DNA of 64,000 nucleotides from Octopus vulgaris (Eukaryota): NCBI GenBank assembly GCA_951406725.2, contig OX597817.1, positions 136,648,001 to 136,712,000 on the forward strand. Direction: 5' to 3'. Position numbers and translations under genes: made by a program. The notes beneath the pieces were generated by a model. It saw only the letters and a list, made by a program, of their open reading frames with translations. It searched no databases and was not told the DNA's origin. This document shows, piece after piece, positions 25,923 to 38,456 of this stretch (position 1 is the stretch's first letter; each line of letters begins with the position of its first letter).

Positions 25923-26529
25923 GTACGTGATGAATTTTATGGTTACAAGAAATTCTTTCAAAAGAGTGAAAAAAATGAAGGGCATTCATAAATAATTTTT
26001 TGTAAATGCATGCATTGGTAGGACTCATGTTCCAATTAATTATTTGACTTAATCTTCCAATTAATTATCTTGTTTCAATGGTTGGTGACTGAACATCATA
26101 ATATGTTAGATTAATTGAGACAGTATTACTTAATATAATCTTTTTCTGAAAGTTGAAGAATGTTACTTTTCTAGCAATGATAACCATATTTTAAGAGATT
26201 ACATTGTTAAACTAATATGTCTAAATGTTTACTCAACATTCTCATTCAAAATCTGTTTCTAACAAGGTGAATGGCTATTGTTTTATTTGCAGATCTATTT
26301 TCTTTACTTCATATTTTTCATAGAAATATATCCTAGTAAAACCATCTTCTGGTTCCACTCCCACCCCCCACCTATATAGCGTGTGATAAAGTAAATATCG
26401 GTGATATATTTTGTTGCTCTTAGACATTTTACTTTTAAAAAAGGGGAAGAAAAACTGGTTATTTAAACGATCCAACATATGTTTTAAAAAACATATGCTG
26501 GATAAGTATGGGAAAAAAAATTATATACA

Positions 26530-26902
26530 GCAGGAGTGGCTGCATGGTAAGTAGCTTGCTTACCAACCAGGGTTCAGTCCTACTGCGTGGCACCTTGAGC
26601 AAGTGTCTTCTACTATAACCTTGGGCCTTGTGAGTGGATTTGGTAGACGGAAACTGGAAGGAGCCCGTCATATATGTATATGTATGTGTGTGTGTGTATG
26701 TCTGTGCATCTGTGTTTGTCCCCACGACATTGCTCGACAACCGATGCTGGTATATTTACATCCCTGTAACTTAGCAGTTTGGCAAAAGAGACCAATAGAA
26801 TAACTACTAGGCTTACAAAGAATAAGCTCTGGGGTAGATTTGCTTGACTAAAGGTGATGCTCCAGCATGTCTACAGTCAAATGACTGAAACAAGTAAAAG
26901 AA
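26530..26902 (+). mobile_element. SINE family A, full length, relatively young
   Basis: caggagtggctgcatggtaag (A-box-like), ggttcagtcc (B-box-like), ggcaccttgagcaagtgtc (CORE-like), tail cagtcaaatgactgaaacaagtaaaaga. Confidence 0.92.
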
Positions 26903-26969
26903 TAGCAGAAAAGAGATCATATAATAGCTGTATAGACTTTATATACAGCAGTAAGGTGTCATATATAAA

Positions 26970-27190
26970 TATCATCATTTAACACTTATTCTCCATGCTG
27001 GCATGGGTTGGATGATTCCACAGGAACTGATAAGTCAGAAGACTGCTCCAACCCTGCTGTCTGCTTTGGCATGGTTTCTACGGCTGGGTGCTCTTCCTAA
27101 TACCAACTATTTTGCAGAGTGTATTGGGTGCTGTTTATTTAGCACTAGCAGCAGTGAGTGAGGTCACCAAGCAATTTGCAAGACAGAGCA
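26970..27190 (-). mobile_element. Family B
   Basis: ccatgctggcatgggttggatg...tttctacggctgggtgctcttcctaatacc. Confidence 0.8.
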
Positions 27191-28206
27191 CCCCAGAATT
27201 GCGGGCCGGAGGAGTATTGAAAGAAAAAAGTGTCTACCGCACATGCGTGTACACACACACACACAGCAATGAAGGCTTTTTATAAAGCAGTAATGAGTTC
27301 ATATATAACAGTAAGACGTTAATGTTACAGTAAGTGGTTTATTAATAGGCGGAAACTAATGAATTAATATTTTTCATTTTTTGCAAAGGAATTTTTCTAG
27401 CTTATTTCTAATTAAATTCCAGATTGATGTCTCAAATATTTGGTTTGGAAATGAGCAATACTTGATGTACATTCTCACAGAATAGTGAAATCTAGAAGTT
27501 GAGGGTAGAAGCTTGCAAAAACTAGCGAATATGGTTTCTTGGGGTTTGCTGTGTTAAATTTGGTGTAAATTATATTGAGACTACAGCAGACAGTATTTGG
27601 ATGTTAAAGGAAATGGATTAAAAAATCAAAATAATTTCATTTTTAAAACTTTTTTGCTCATATTTTATATTAAAATATTAATGTTAAGAATTTGATCAAG
27701 AAATAGGGTGGTCTTGGAGACGGTCATGAAAATAAGAATAGAATTTAAGAATGTCTTGAATAAAATGGGTGTGATTTTTCTGATTTAGGATAATGGAATC
27801 AACATTAAAATTTACTAAAAATTGTATATTGGTAAAAAAAAGAAGAAAGAAACTGAGTAAAAATTGTGTTGATTTCATAAAGAAAATGGTACAGAACAAT
27901 AAAATAATAAGGATGATGATGTAAATGAGATTTTTTTTTTATGTATCATTTTGATGATATGATAATATTTTTATTGTTTTCAGTAAGATTTTCTGTCATT
28001 ATTTCTCTCTCCTGTGATATTTTGAATTAGTAGTAGTGGTTGTGGTAGTGGTGATGGTGTGGTAGCAGTAGTACAACTTGTCATCTTCCCATATATCATT
28101 CATCTTTCCACTTTAGTGATCAATCCAAGATTCACCTTGTCTTTATTCATTACAGTATATTTATGTTAAAAGAAATAAAGGAAAATCATATTTCAGCATT
28201 GTCAAT

Positions 28207-28271
28207 TAGTTCGACTGAAGGTGGTGCTCCAGCATTGTCGCAGTCAAATGACTGAAACAAGTAAAAGAGAG

Positions 28272-28272
<1 letters not shown>
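28207..28272 (+). mobile_element. SINE family A tail only
   Basis: aaggtggtgctccagcattgtcgcagtcaaatgactgaaacaagtaaaaga. Confidence 0.85.
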
Positions 28273-28308
<36 letters not shown>

Positions 28309-28338
28309 ACATTCACACACACACGAACATATATATAT

Positions 28339-28529
28339 AGGGAGAATTCACAAAAAAAACAAGAGACAAAGACAGGTGGTGTACAAAACAAACAGATGTA
28401 TTAGTATAATGCTCAGGAATAGAAAAAGTCTTTTACATTTTGAGCCTACACTATTCTACAGAAAGGGACACAGAAAAAACAAGGGGAGGAAAAAATGTGT
28501 GTTGTGGCTAACGATCTATCATGGCAACT
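28339..28529. repeat. Interspersed repeat fragment, possibly Penelope-derived
   Basis: Non-microsatellite cassette between TA/TG tracts, with a degenerate hammerhead-like motif on the minus strand (28426-28465). Confidence 0.4.
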
Positions 28530-28554
28530 GTGTGTGTATGTATATATATATACA

Positions 28555-28789
28555 CACGGTGTTTAAAAAGTCTCTCCGCAGTGCATATTTTAATAGTTTT
28601 CAGGCAATTCTTGTACACTGATCCTTTACTTGCTCCCCAGACAAAAAAGTCTGGCAGTGTTAAATCAGATGACCTTGGCGACCACAGTCCCTTTGAAATA
28701 ATCCGTTCACCAAAAAACTCTTGAAGTAGCACCATAGTGATGTACAGGATGAAGAAAATTCACTGTGGAGGGACTTTTTGGACATCCTG
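28555..28789 (-). mobile_element. 235-bp Tc1/mariner deletion derivative (MITE-sized)
   Basis: 29-bp TIRs cacggtgtttaaaaagtctctccgcagtg / cactgtggagggactttttggacatcctg; internal FGERIISKGLWSPRSSDLTLPDFFVWG, i.e. WPPRSPDLTPxDFFLWG. Confidence 0.9.
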
Positions 28790-28791
28790 TG

Positions 28792-28830
<39 letters not shown>

Positions 28831-28832
<2 letters not shown>

Positions 28833-29173
28833 TGTTTAAAAGATTGTGGGTAAGGCCAAAACAATGCGAAGTAAATGCAAGGTAAATCACAAGAAAACAA
28901 ATATGTGAATTAATATAGACTTACCTTGTATTCAATATTTCGGGGTTGTGTCCCCATTTTCAAGAAACTGATGAATGTTGCTGATGTGTGTGTTTGTGAG
29001 CATGTCTCACTCACGCGCATTGGCAACATTCATCGATTTTTTGAAAATGGGGTCATAACCCCGAAATATTGAATACAAGGTAAGTCTATATTAATTCACA
29101 TATTTGTTTTCTTGTGATTTACCTTGCATTTACTTCGCATTGTTTGGGCCTTACCCACAATCTTTTATACAAT
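28831..29173. repeat. Near-perfect 343-bp palindrome (arms ~170 bp)
   Basis: attgtttaaaagattgtgggtaaggcc...gtgag|catgt|ctcac...ggccttacccacaatcttttatacaat; the near-identical ORF starts MIYLAFTSHC on opposite strands (28890 minus, 29114 plus) confirm it. Confidence 0.95.
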
Positions 29174-29446
29174 GTATTCTACACAATGCTTCACAGTAAT
29201 TATTCCATTATACACATGCACACACACACACACACATATGTATTTGCAATAGTTACTCAACTGAGGGAAGAGCAGGTGAAGGAGACAGGGAGTGTGGGGA
29301 ACAGCAGCTGTGCAAGAGAGAATGTGAGTTCGAGTTTCATGGCTGGCTGGTAACGAATTTTTCTGCAATATATGGATAGCTTATCCTGTTCATGCTATTG
29401 TATTAGCATTATCATGCATTTGAGAATGAATTATTTCTGTGTGTAT

Positions 29447-29857
29447 ATCATCATCATCATCATCGTTTAACGTTTTGACTGAGGGCTGGCAAACCAGATG
29501 GCTGCACAAGGCTTCAATCTTGATCAGGCAGAGTTTCAACAGCTGGATGCCCTTCCTAACGCCAACCACTCCGAGAGTGTAGTGGGCGCTTTTACATGCC
29601 ACCAGCACGAGGCCAGTCAGGCGGTACTGGCAATGACCTCGCTCGAATCTTTTACTCATGCCACCGGCACAGGTGCCAGTTAGGTGATGCTGGTAACGAT
29701 CACGCTCGAATGATGTCTTTTACATGCCACCGACATGGAGGCCAGATAGCTGCTCTGGCAACGATCACGCTCGGATGGTGCTCTTAATACCCTACTAGCA
29801 CGGGGCTCGAGTGCCAGTAAGGCAATGCTGCCCTAACCACTGGGCCATTGCACCTCC
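29447..29857 (-). mobile_element. Family B with four ~60-bp modules and a tRNA-like 5' head
   Basis: (CAT)n tail, B core, repeated cacgctcg/tttacatgccacc units; 29827-29857 is the reverse complement of ggaggtgcaatggcccagtggttagggcagc. Confidence 0.88.
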
Positions 29858-31144
29858 TAGTGAATATAATCCTCTGTGTACAGTACCTAGAGCTGCTAAT
29901 GGCACTGTAAGACCAAAGAACTGAAGTTTCTAAATTAGCAGTATTCTTTAAACTCCATTTAGTGATTTAACTGGAAGGATATTGGCATTTATAATTGTGA
30001 GGAGGTGGGCAATGATGATGATGATGTTGGTGTGTTGGTGGTTGTGATGGTAGCTGTGGTGGTAATAGTTGTGAGAAACAGAGAAAAATGTTTGCAGGAG
30101 ATTGATATTAAATTTCAACCTCATTTTTCTGCCTGGCCTCCAAATAAATAAATAAATATATGAACAATAATTTATATCTAAAAGTATCATAGTATTTATT
30201 GAAGATATTCAGTATTTTGTTCTGTGATACATTTTGTGTTGGTACTGAGATGGTATCATATATAGTAGTGTGTGATATTCTAACAGCATTGCTACTTGCT
30301 CTAACATCATCAGACATCAAGTATCTCTGGTATTATTGATAATTATCAAACCTTGTGTGTTTAGTTCACAAACAGCTTCCACTGACCTTCTTTTCTTTAT
30401 AAACATAAACACAATACAATTTCTGAGCACACACACACTTATGAATGTGTTTTTGTATTTGTATGTTTAATTTATTTATAACAGTAATTTCATTATTTTC
30501 TTTCATGTTTTATATTTTTATTAATTTGTTCTCATTAGTGAAAGAAACAGTGATTTAAGATGTCTGCCTTCAGTTTTGTCAAAACTAACTTCAGACCTGA
30601 CTATTTTGATATTTTCTCTTCACTTTCACATTTTCTTGCCTGCTTCTATTAAAAAACAAAACAAAAAAAAAAAAGAGAAGAAAACAAAATACAACAACGA
30701 ACAAACAAAAAACAAAACAAAAACAACAATACGTAAACAAAACAGCAAAAAAAAATTTTAATGAAATTTACAAAAACAAAATTTTGCTATTTTTTTCCCC
30801 CCATTTTTAAAATTTGTTTTTAGGTTATTGTAGAAAGAAAAATACATTTAAAAAAAAATCGAAGAAAAAGTATAAAAAGTGTTTAAAGAAAAATGAAAAT
30901 ATAACAAGAACAAATAAAAGATGCAATAAGATTGACTGTTGAAATTAAAGCTGGTTGTGTGTGTGTATATATGTATATATACATGGAATGGGAGGGAGAT
31001 AGTTTATGGTTGGTAATTACAAAAGATTTAGGTTCAGGGGAGAGAGTTATTAATGAAATTGGATTGTAAGGAGAATTTAATGTAGGTGGGAAAAAAGGGA
31101 TTTACTTTGTGTAGTTGTGTATTTTATTGTTGTCTTGTTTGTTT

Positions 31145-31345
31145 CTCTCTTTTTTTTAAGAATGTTGTTTAGTCCGAGGTTAGCATCCAGAAAATAGACT
31201 TAGGATCAAAAGTGATCTCATCTTTTCTTTTGGGGGCATAGTGTATCTTGGACCACATTATTTGCGTTATTCCATCTTTACAAAGCCAGAATGTTGTTTG
31301 AAGATTTGGTTGCTACTTCTTGCAGTTTCACTGACCATACAGAGG
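31145..31345. mobile_element. Interspersed repeat family D fragment
   Basis: gatttggttgctacttct motif recurs in related form at ~31775-31815 (inverted), ~41300 and ~41860 (inverted). Confidence 0.45.
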
Positions 31346-31904
31346 CATCCAATTTGTATTTTTATCATTTTTGTTAATATTTTCAAAAAGTCTCATCTGG
31401 CCCATGTTAGCTATGAAAAACTGGACATAAAATATTGTCTCTATATGTCAATAGGATATTTACTGAGTTTAGTGTCGTTATTTTTCTCCTATTATCACCG
31501 TCATCATCATCAGCAGCAACAGCAGTGTTAATAACAATATCTACTGTGATAATGAAACCCAGGATCACCAACATTATTATTATTATTATTGTTATTACTA
31601 CTACTACTACTGTTAAAATATTATCATTTGTCATTGCCTCATCATAATGAAGTCCACATTTTCTCTAGGACTGTCTACCTTTTCACAACTTCCAAAGTTA
31701 TATTACCAACCCCACCATCATCACCACTGCCACTGTTGTTAGCACCATCATTGAGGTGACTGGTGGACACTCATCCTATCAGAAATAACAGTCAAATTCT
31801 TCACAAATCACACTATCATTTAACTGGACAGGGTAGTGTAGCCCTAAATACAAGGTGTTATATTTGACATGAATGTGTTTTTTTAAATTTCTTTCTTTGT
31901 TTAT

Positions 31905-32092
31905 AGCACGTAAAAAGCACCCACTACACTCGCGGAGTGGTTGGCGTTAGGAAGGGCATCCAGCTGTAGAAACATTGCCAGATAAGACCGGAGCCTGGTG
32001 CAGCCTTCTGGCTTCTCAGATTCCCGGTCGAACCGTCCAACCCATGCTAGCATGGAGAACGGACGTTAAACGATGATGATGATGATGATGAT
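31905..32092 (+). mobile_element. Family B 3' part, young (CpGs retained)
   Basis: gcacgtaaaaagcacccactacactcgcggagtggttggcgttaggaagggcatcc...cggacgttaaacgatgatgat. Confidence 0.92.
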
Positions 32093-32189
32093 AGACCAGA
32101 AGTCCAGTTTGAATAGGAAATATTGAACAAATATTGAGCCATGGTCAGTGGATGTAGTCATATCCAGAAACATGTTTCTAGGAAATTTC

Positions 32190-32532
32190 ACAAGCATGGC
32201 TTTGGGGTAAGAAGCTTGCTTTCCAACCAGATGGTTCTGGGCAAGTGTCTTCTACTATAGCCTCAGGCCAGCCACAGTCTTGTGAGTGGATTTGGTAGAT
32301 GGAAATTGAAAGAAACCCATTGTATATATATTTGTGTGTGTGTGAGAGAGAGAGAGAGAGACCCCCACCACCACTTGACAATCGGTGTTGGTGTGTTTTT
32401 GTCCTCAACTTAGCAGTTCAGCAAAACAAACTGATCAAATACTTGGGTCAGTTCATTCACCTAAAAATTATTCAAGGTGGTGCCCCAGCATGATCACAGT
32501 CCAATGACTGAAACAAGTAAAAGATAAAAGAT
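32190..32532 (+). mobile_element. SINE family A
   Basis: ggtaagaagcttgctttccaacc...gtgagtggatttggtagatggaaa...cagtccaatgactgaaacaagtaaaaga. Confidence 0.9.
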
Positions 32533-35340
32533 AGATCTTATTGATTTGTTCCTTTGTGTGGAAATTCAGTGTTAACATTTGGGAACTTGAGCATTTTAGA
32601 GAGTAAAATTTTAGAATTACTCCATTAAAATTCTTGGACTTTGAAGGAGAATTCTTATCAGAAGTGGAGGTAAATTGGTGGCCGTTGTGACAGTGTGAGA
32701 ATTACATCATTGGAAAGTAATGACAGAAGTTCTTTGCATTTCACTCACATGTTTTCTACTTTCATCATAATCCATTTTCATCTTGTATGTTAACAAATTA
32801 TGCCTTATTAACTGAAGACAAAAAAACAAAGAAACATTTCTAAGGTGTTGTGGTGGCTTCTAATTTGGCAAAAAACATCTAAAATAGTGAAATTCCAAAA
32901 TAATTTACCATTTCAATGATATATTGCAAGCTTTCTCTTTTAATTACACCAAAAATTCATTAAAAAGTTATAGTTTTTGTAAAACTTTCCAGCTAAGCCC
33001 CACATATTTAATACTTTTTTCTTCTTATTTTTCACCTCTTTCCTATACCTCTCTCTGTCTTCTGTGTCGATAAAAGCAGAAAACTTACCTTTTTTTGATC
33101 ATCTTAGATATTTTTATGTGTATTTTATGTTCTATTATTTCTTGATTTCTTCTTAGTTTTTCTCTAAGATATATTTTTATAGAAAATACAAAATCCCCCC
33201 CTCTCCCGTTCCATTGTGTAATATATCAACTAATTGAAATAGACTTTGAAAACAGAAAACAAACAACATTTGTTTCTTTTTAACTTTAAAGTTAAAATTA
33301 TTTTTTGTAATTATTGCAAATTCATATATTTTTCTGTACTGCAATTTGTTTTTACACGTGTGTGTTTGTAAATGTATATATACACACATCACCTTTCCAT
33401 GCTTGCATGGCCATACTTGTATGTGTATTTATGTATATTTATGTATGTATGTACACTAGAGAAAGAGAGAGAATGTGCGTGTGTGTGTGTGTGTGTGCAT
33501 GTGTTTAACTGTGTGTGGACTTATGTTCAATGCTTATTGATAAAAATATAAATTTTAGAAAATTTCACTCATTGTTGAAGTGTAAAACTGCTATTGTGAA
33601 GACCTGTAAATATATGTTATTGATAAATTGCAATATGTGAGGAATTGTGAATGGTAACAATAAAATTGACCATTTTCATTACGACCTCAACTAATAAAAC
33701 AATTATAAACATTGCAAAGAAAAAAAAAAGGTTGTGAGTCATTATTATTAAGGAATTTTGGTGCTTTATTAGTATTTGTTTATTTCATTACATTCATACC
33801 TACATATATATATATATATATATAAATTTATGTATATAAACAATTTTTTTTTTTCACTTTTATAAAGCATGATTAGATTTTGTCTCTAACATTCCAACTA
33901 GAAGTGTTCTTAATTAAACAACTAAACATACTCTTTTGTTTTGAAATATGTATATGGTTTTATTTCGACATAGTTGGTATTTTTGTTGCTATTTTTGATT
34001 GGGCTAATTTCCACTTAATTTCATTGTTTCACGAATGTTATAGTGTGAAAGTAGCATTACACTCCTTCACAATCAGTTTGACTGGAAATTCTCTCTGAAT
34101 ATGAACATATATCAAATTGGCTAAAAAAAAAAAAAAAAAAGAAACAGGTATAGATTTTATTGATGTTAAAAAATGGTATATTCTGAAGAAAACAAAAAAA
34201 ACAAAACAAACTGCAAACCAGATAAAAACAAAAACAAGTCTGTACATTTAGGTAGACATAATACAGTAATTTATGCATTTTTGAAACTTTTTAAATAATA
34301 AATAACTTACACGTATATAATTAGTTATGTTTTTTTATTCCCTAAAGGCTTGAGATGATCTCTGTGTCATATGTTTATTAGATTTTGATAAATCTAACAA
34401 TGTTGTCTTCTTTATCTCTCAACTGTTTTCCTGAAACCTGAAGCCACTACCTAAATTTGGTATTGATGCAACCAAATGTAGGTGGTGGCTGGCTGATAGG
34501 GGTCCCTTTTGTCAGTTTTTAATTTTTATCGAAAACACTTTTTATTAAAACATTTCTCTCATATCAGTTGTTTGTGTGAGGTTTTTTTCAACCATATTGA
34601 AACAAGAAACTCAAACCTTTCAAAAAATAGTAGTAGACTTCCATGTCAAGAGTGCTGTTTGGTGTTTGTAGATACTGACTGAATGGGAGATGAATTTTTG
34701 ATGGTTTGTTCCTCCAAGTCTACCTTTGTCCTTTTCTATTTTGGTTCCATTGAGTTGGTTCTTCCTAAGAAGACACGCAACATTTTGCTTTCGAGCTAGT
34801 TTACTCTTCTTTCATGCTTATCTTTGTAATTGGTAAATTGAGATAAGGAACTTCTAACTCTTATTCAGCATTGTTTTTACTGTATGGAGCAAATGGTCCA
34901 GTTACGGATTCATCGCTTTCTTTCCTGCTGGCCACACTTTCAAGGAAAATTAAACATTTTCAGTTTTTTACATTTTTTACACCAGATTCATATAACTGGG
35001 TCAACTGCATCCTTGTGGGTGATTTGCAAGGTGGAAACTGCAGGATTTCTGTGTATCATAATTTTAATGCCACCTGTCCATGTTTGCATAAGTTAGAATT
35101 TATTGATTCAAATTTTCATCTCTGTCAATCTTGTTTCTAAGCAACAAAATATCTCTTTAGTGCTGGACATGTTTTCATGGAAGATTGGAAACAAATATCA
35201 CTACTTATATGGCAGTAACACTTGTTTGCAACTGTTATGTGAGATCATGACAAAGAAACAAAACACACGCACACACACTCTCTCTCTCTAGTAATTGCCT
35301 CTTTCTGCTGAATCAACAAAGATTTATGTGTGTGGGGGGG

Positions 35341-35675
35341 AGCTAAGAATTTGCTTCCCAACCACATGGTTCTGGGTTCAGTCCCACTATGTGGCACCTT
35401 GGCCAAGTGTCTACTATAGCCTCAAGCCAACAAAAGCTTTGTGAGTGGTTTCAGTAGATGGAAACTGAAAGAAGTCCACTATATATGTGTGTGTGTGTGT
35501 GTGTGTGTCCCAGCACCACTTGTCAGCCAGTGTTTTTGTTTACGCCCCAAAACTTAACTAGGCTGATAGAATAGGTAGTAAGCTTAAAAAAAAAAAAATA
35601 AGTACTGAGGTTGATCCATTTGACAAAAATTCCTCAAGGCAGTGCCCCAGCATGGCCATAGTCTGATGATGGAAC
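35341..35675 (+). mobile_element. SINE family A
   Basis: gcttcccaaccacatggttctgggttcagtcccactatgtggcaccttggccaagtgtc...gtgccccagcatggcc. Confidence 0.88.
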
Positions 35676-36699
35676 ACAACCCTTACAATAGAATAGGTCA
35701 GAAGAGAACTTGGCACCCACTGACCTTATTTATCCCCCAAAAGAGTTATGAAGACCCAGTTGTGTTAATCTTCAGTTATGATGACGGAATTTTCCTTCTA
35801 TTGAACTAGAGATGTCCTGGGGTTAAAACAACCACCAAAATATATTGCAATCTCTTTAATGTCTACAATAGTGTCTCCCTGTCTTTTGTAAACAGCTGTG
35901 TATATTCAAGCAATGAGGATCATATAAGCAAATACGCACGTAAACAATTTGGTCTATGAACAACAAGTAATCAAGATGTTATTGCTACAGCAGTATTCCG
36001 AATTTACTTAAATTCTCATCTTTTCAAGAAGAGCACATAAAAATAAAATACTCTATTAATTTGCCGTCTCAGGGTTGGCACATGTGTCTAATAAATGGTG
36101 AAGAATTGACCATTACTGGTCTAAATCTACTTTGTCATCATTGCAAGAATGACCATAATCTCCTTACATTCCCAGATCAAGGTGGACAACAACATGTATG
36201 TAATATAACTGATGTGGACTTGATATTCGATACAAACAGACTGAGCCACACAGCTTTAGGTGTGAGTGTGTGTGTATGTATTAGTATCTCCATGGCAGCT
36301 CTGTATGAATCACTCCTCAACATTTGTTGCATTCTTTCTAAACCATGCAAATATTCAACCCATGCTGACTGCAAATACAAATGACCAAACAATTTGACCA
36401 GTTAAAATATTTCACTTTTACAAATTACTATAAATTGATGATTTTATATATATACATACATACATATATATATATATGTGTGTGTGTGTGTGTATTTTTA
36501 TATCAAAATACATATCTTACAAAATCTGCTACTGTATCTGACTTTGCTTCATCTCAATTATAGTTTTCAATCTTTTATTAAACTGTGACATTTTATATTT
36601 ATATTCATCCCAGAAAAGTGCACTTATGATGGTAACAGATAAATCTGGAATAGTTTAGGATTCTGGATTGGCAGATGAATTTTTTTTTTTTTCTGTCAT

Positions 36700-37134
36700 G
36701 AGTCAAAATATCTGTAGTTTGTGACATAGCAGTATCAAAGTATTTGTGGCATGTGGTATACTAGAGTCAACATATTTGGGGCATGTAGTATACTAGAGTC
36801 AAAATATTTGGGGCATGTGGTATACTAGAGTCAAAATATTTGGGGCATGTGGTATATTAGAGTCAAAATATTTGGGGCATGTGAAATACTAGTCAAAATA
36901 TTTGGGGCATGTGGTATATTAGAGTCAAAATATTTGGGGCATGTGAAATACTAGTCAAAATATTTGGGGCATGTGGTGATTTATGGCATGTGGTATACTA
37001 GAGTCAAAATATTTGGGGCATGTGGTATATTAGAGTCAAAATATTTGTGGCATGTGGTATATTAGAGTCAAAATATTTGGGGCATTTGATATACCACAGT
37101 CAAAACATTTGTAGCACATGATATATTACAATCA
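36700..37134. repeat. 32-bp minisatellite agagtcaaaatatttggggcatgtggtata(c/t)t, about 13 copies
   Basis: Contiguous tandem copies, homogeneous in the centre and diverged at the edges. Confidence 0.95.
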
Positions 37135-37498
37135 AGTTAAATTACTGAGTATTTATGGAGAAAAGTCCCTATATGAGAGGGAAAGGTGATTGTTTCTCCA
37201 AGTGAATTCTCTTTCTTTTGTCGTCTTAAAAGTCGATGTTTCTTGAAATTATATATTTTATTAATATCATCTCAAATACGTCAGCAACGACATTGTTAAT
37301 GTATGTCATTGTTTATTATTAAAATCCTACCTAGGACCATAAGGAAATTAGTTGAACAAAATCTACAATGTGTTCATGGTTACAAATTGTAACAGCTGTT
37401 TTATTTCTGGTATTTGTACAACTGACAAAATCTTCACTGTCACAAACTAAAAGCTCCGGTGTCTTTGTATGAAATCATATTTGATATTGTGGTATTTA

Positions 37499-37730
37499 AA
37501 GGCGATGAGCTGGCAGAAACGTTAGCACGCCAGGTGAAATGCTTTGTGGTATTTCGTCCGCCGCTGCGTTCTGAGTTCAAATTCCGCCGAGGTCGACTTT
37601 ACCTTTCATCCTTTCGGGGTTGATAAATTAAGTACCAGTGACGCACTGGGGTTGATGTAATCGACTTAATCCATTTGTCTGTACTTGTTTGTCCCTGCTA
37701 TGTTTAGCCCCTTGTGGGCAATAAAGAAAT
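37499..37730 (+). mobile_element. SINE family C, full length, young
   Basis: ggcgatgagctggcagaaacgttagc (A-box-like), gagttcaaattcc (B-box-like), gactttacctttcatcctttcggggttgataaattaagtaccag (Meta/Sauria-SINE-like central domain). Confidence 0.9.
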
Positions 37731-38431
37731 ACGTATTCAAACCAATGTCATCACATGTTTAGTGTTGTCTGTTTATTTCCTCCATCATTGACTGACATAA
37801 TCAACACAGAAAAACATAATTAGAATTTACATTTGGTCTTTAATTCCAATTTATTGATTTGTTAATTGAATTTCTTTTTGACACAATAACACCAAAAGAA
37901 AAAAAGATGAAAACATCCCAGAGAAAGAGCTGCTTTATTGCTGTCATTTGTTTTAAAATTCTTACCTACCTGGATTAACTGTTGATGTAAAATAGTTTTA
38001 TGTTCATAGATTCTCTTTCATAATTGTTTTATACACTTGCAATATGACTGTGTATTCTCCAATGCAGTTCAGAAAATATCTGTTAATGGTGCAACTTGAT
38101 ATTAGTTCTTGGTTCAGACTATTGAATTATAATCTTCCCATTTTGGTTAAGTATTTTAGGTGGACACTTGTTTGAGAAATTTATCATTTTATTACAAATG
38201 TTTTTTTTTTTTGCATGTTTTACCTGTAGGAGGGAGGCCAGTACCAATAAGGGAATTAATTTTGAAAATTTTTCCAAGATCAACAAAACTGTGTTTCTTC
38301 AGATGAAATGATTTCCAAACCAATATGAAAAAAAAAAACATTTCATAAAATTAAAAAAAGAATACCCTCCAAGAAAATATGAAAGACTGATTTTTTTTTT
38401 TTTGTTCAAATTCTAATTTCCCTTTTTTCAG

Positions 38432-38456
38432 CCTGGCTTTGTTCTCTCCCTAGCAG
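38432..38456 (+). CDS. Candidate 25-nt microexon
   Basis: ttctaat branch-like motif, ttcccttttttcag acceptor, cag|gtaaac donor, TGCATG motifs at 38464 and 38527. Confidence 0.3.

Noticed and set aside
26530-26600. tRNA gene
   Set aside because: A/B-box-like motifs belong to SINE heads; no complete cloverleaf, and the same applies to the other SINE copies
36700-37134. CRISPR-like 32-bp periodicity
   Set aside because: Units are contiguous with no unique spacers, there are no cas genes, and the context is eukaryotic
38230-38240. Extra microexon gagggaggcca after tacctgtag
   Set aside because: The donor gtacca is poor
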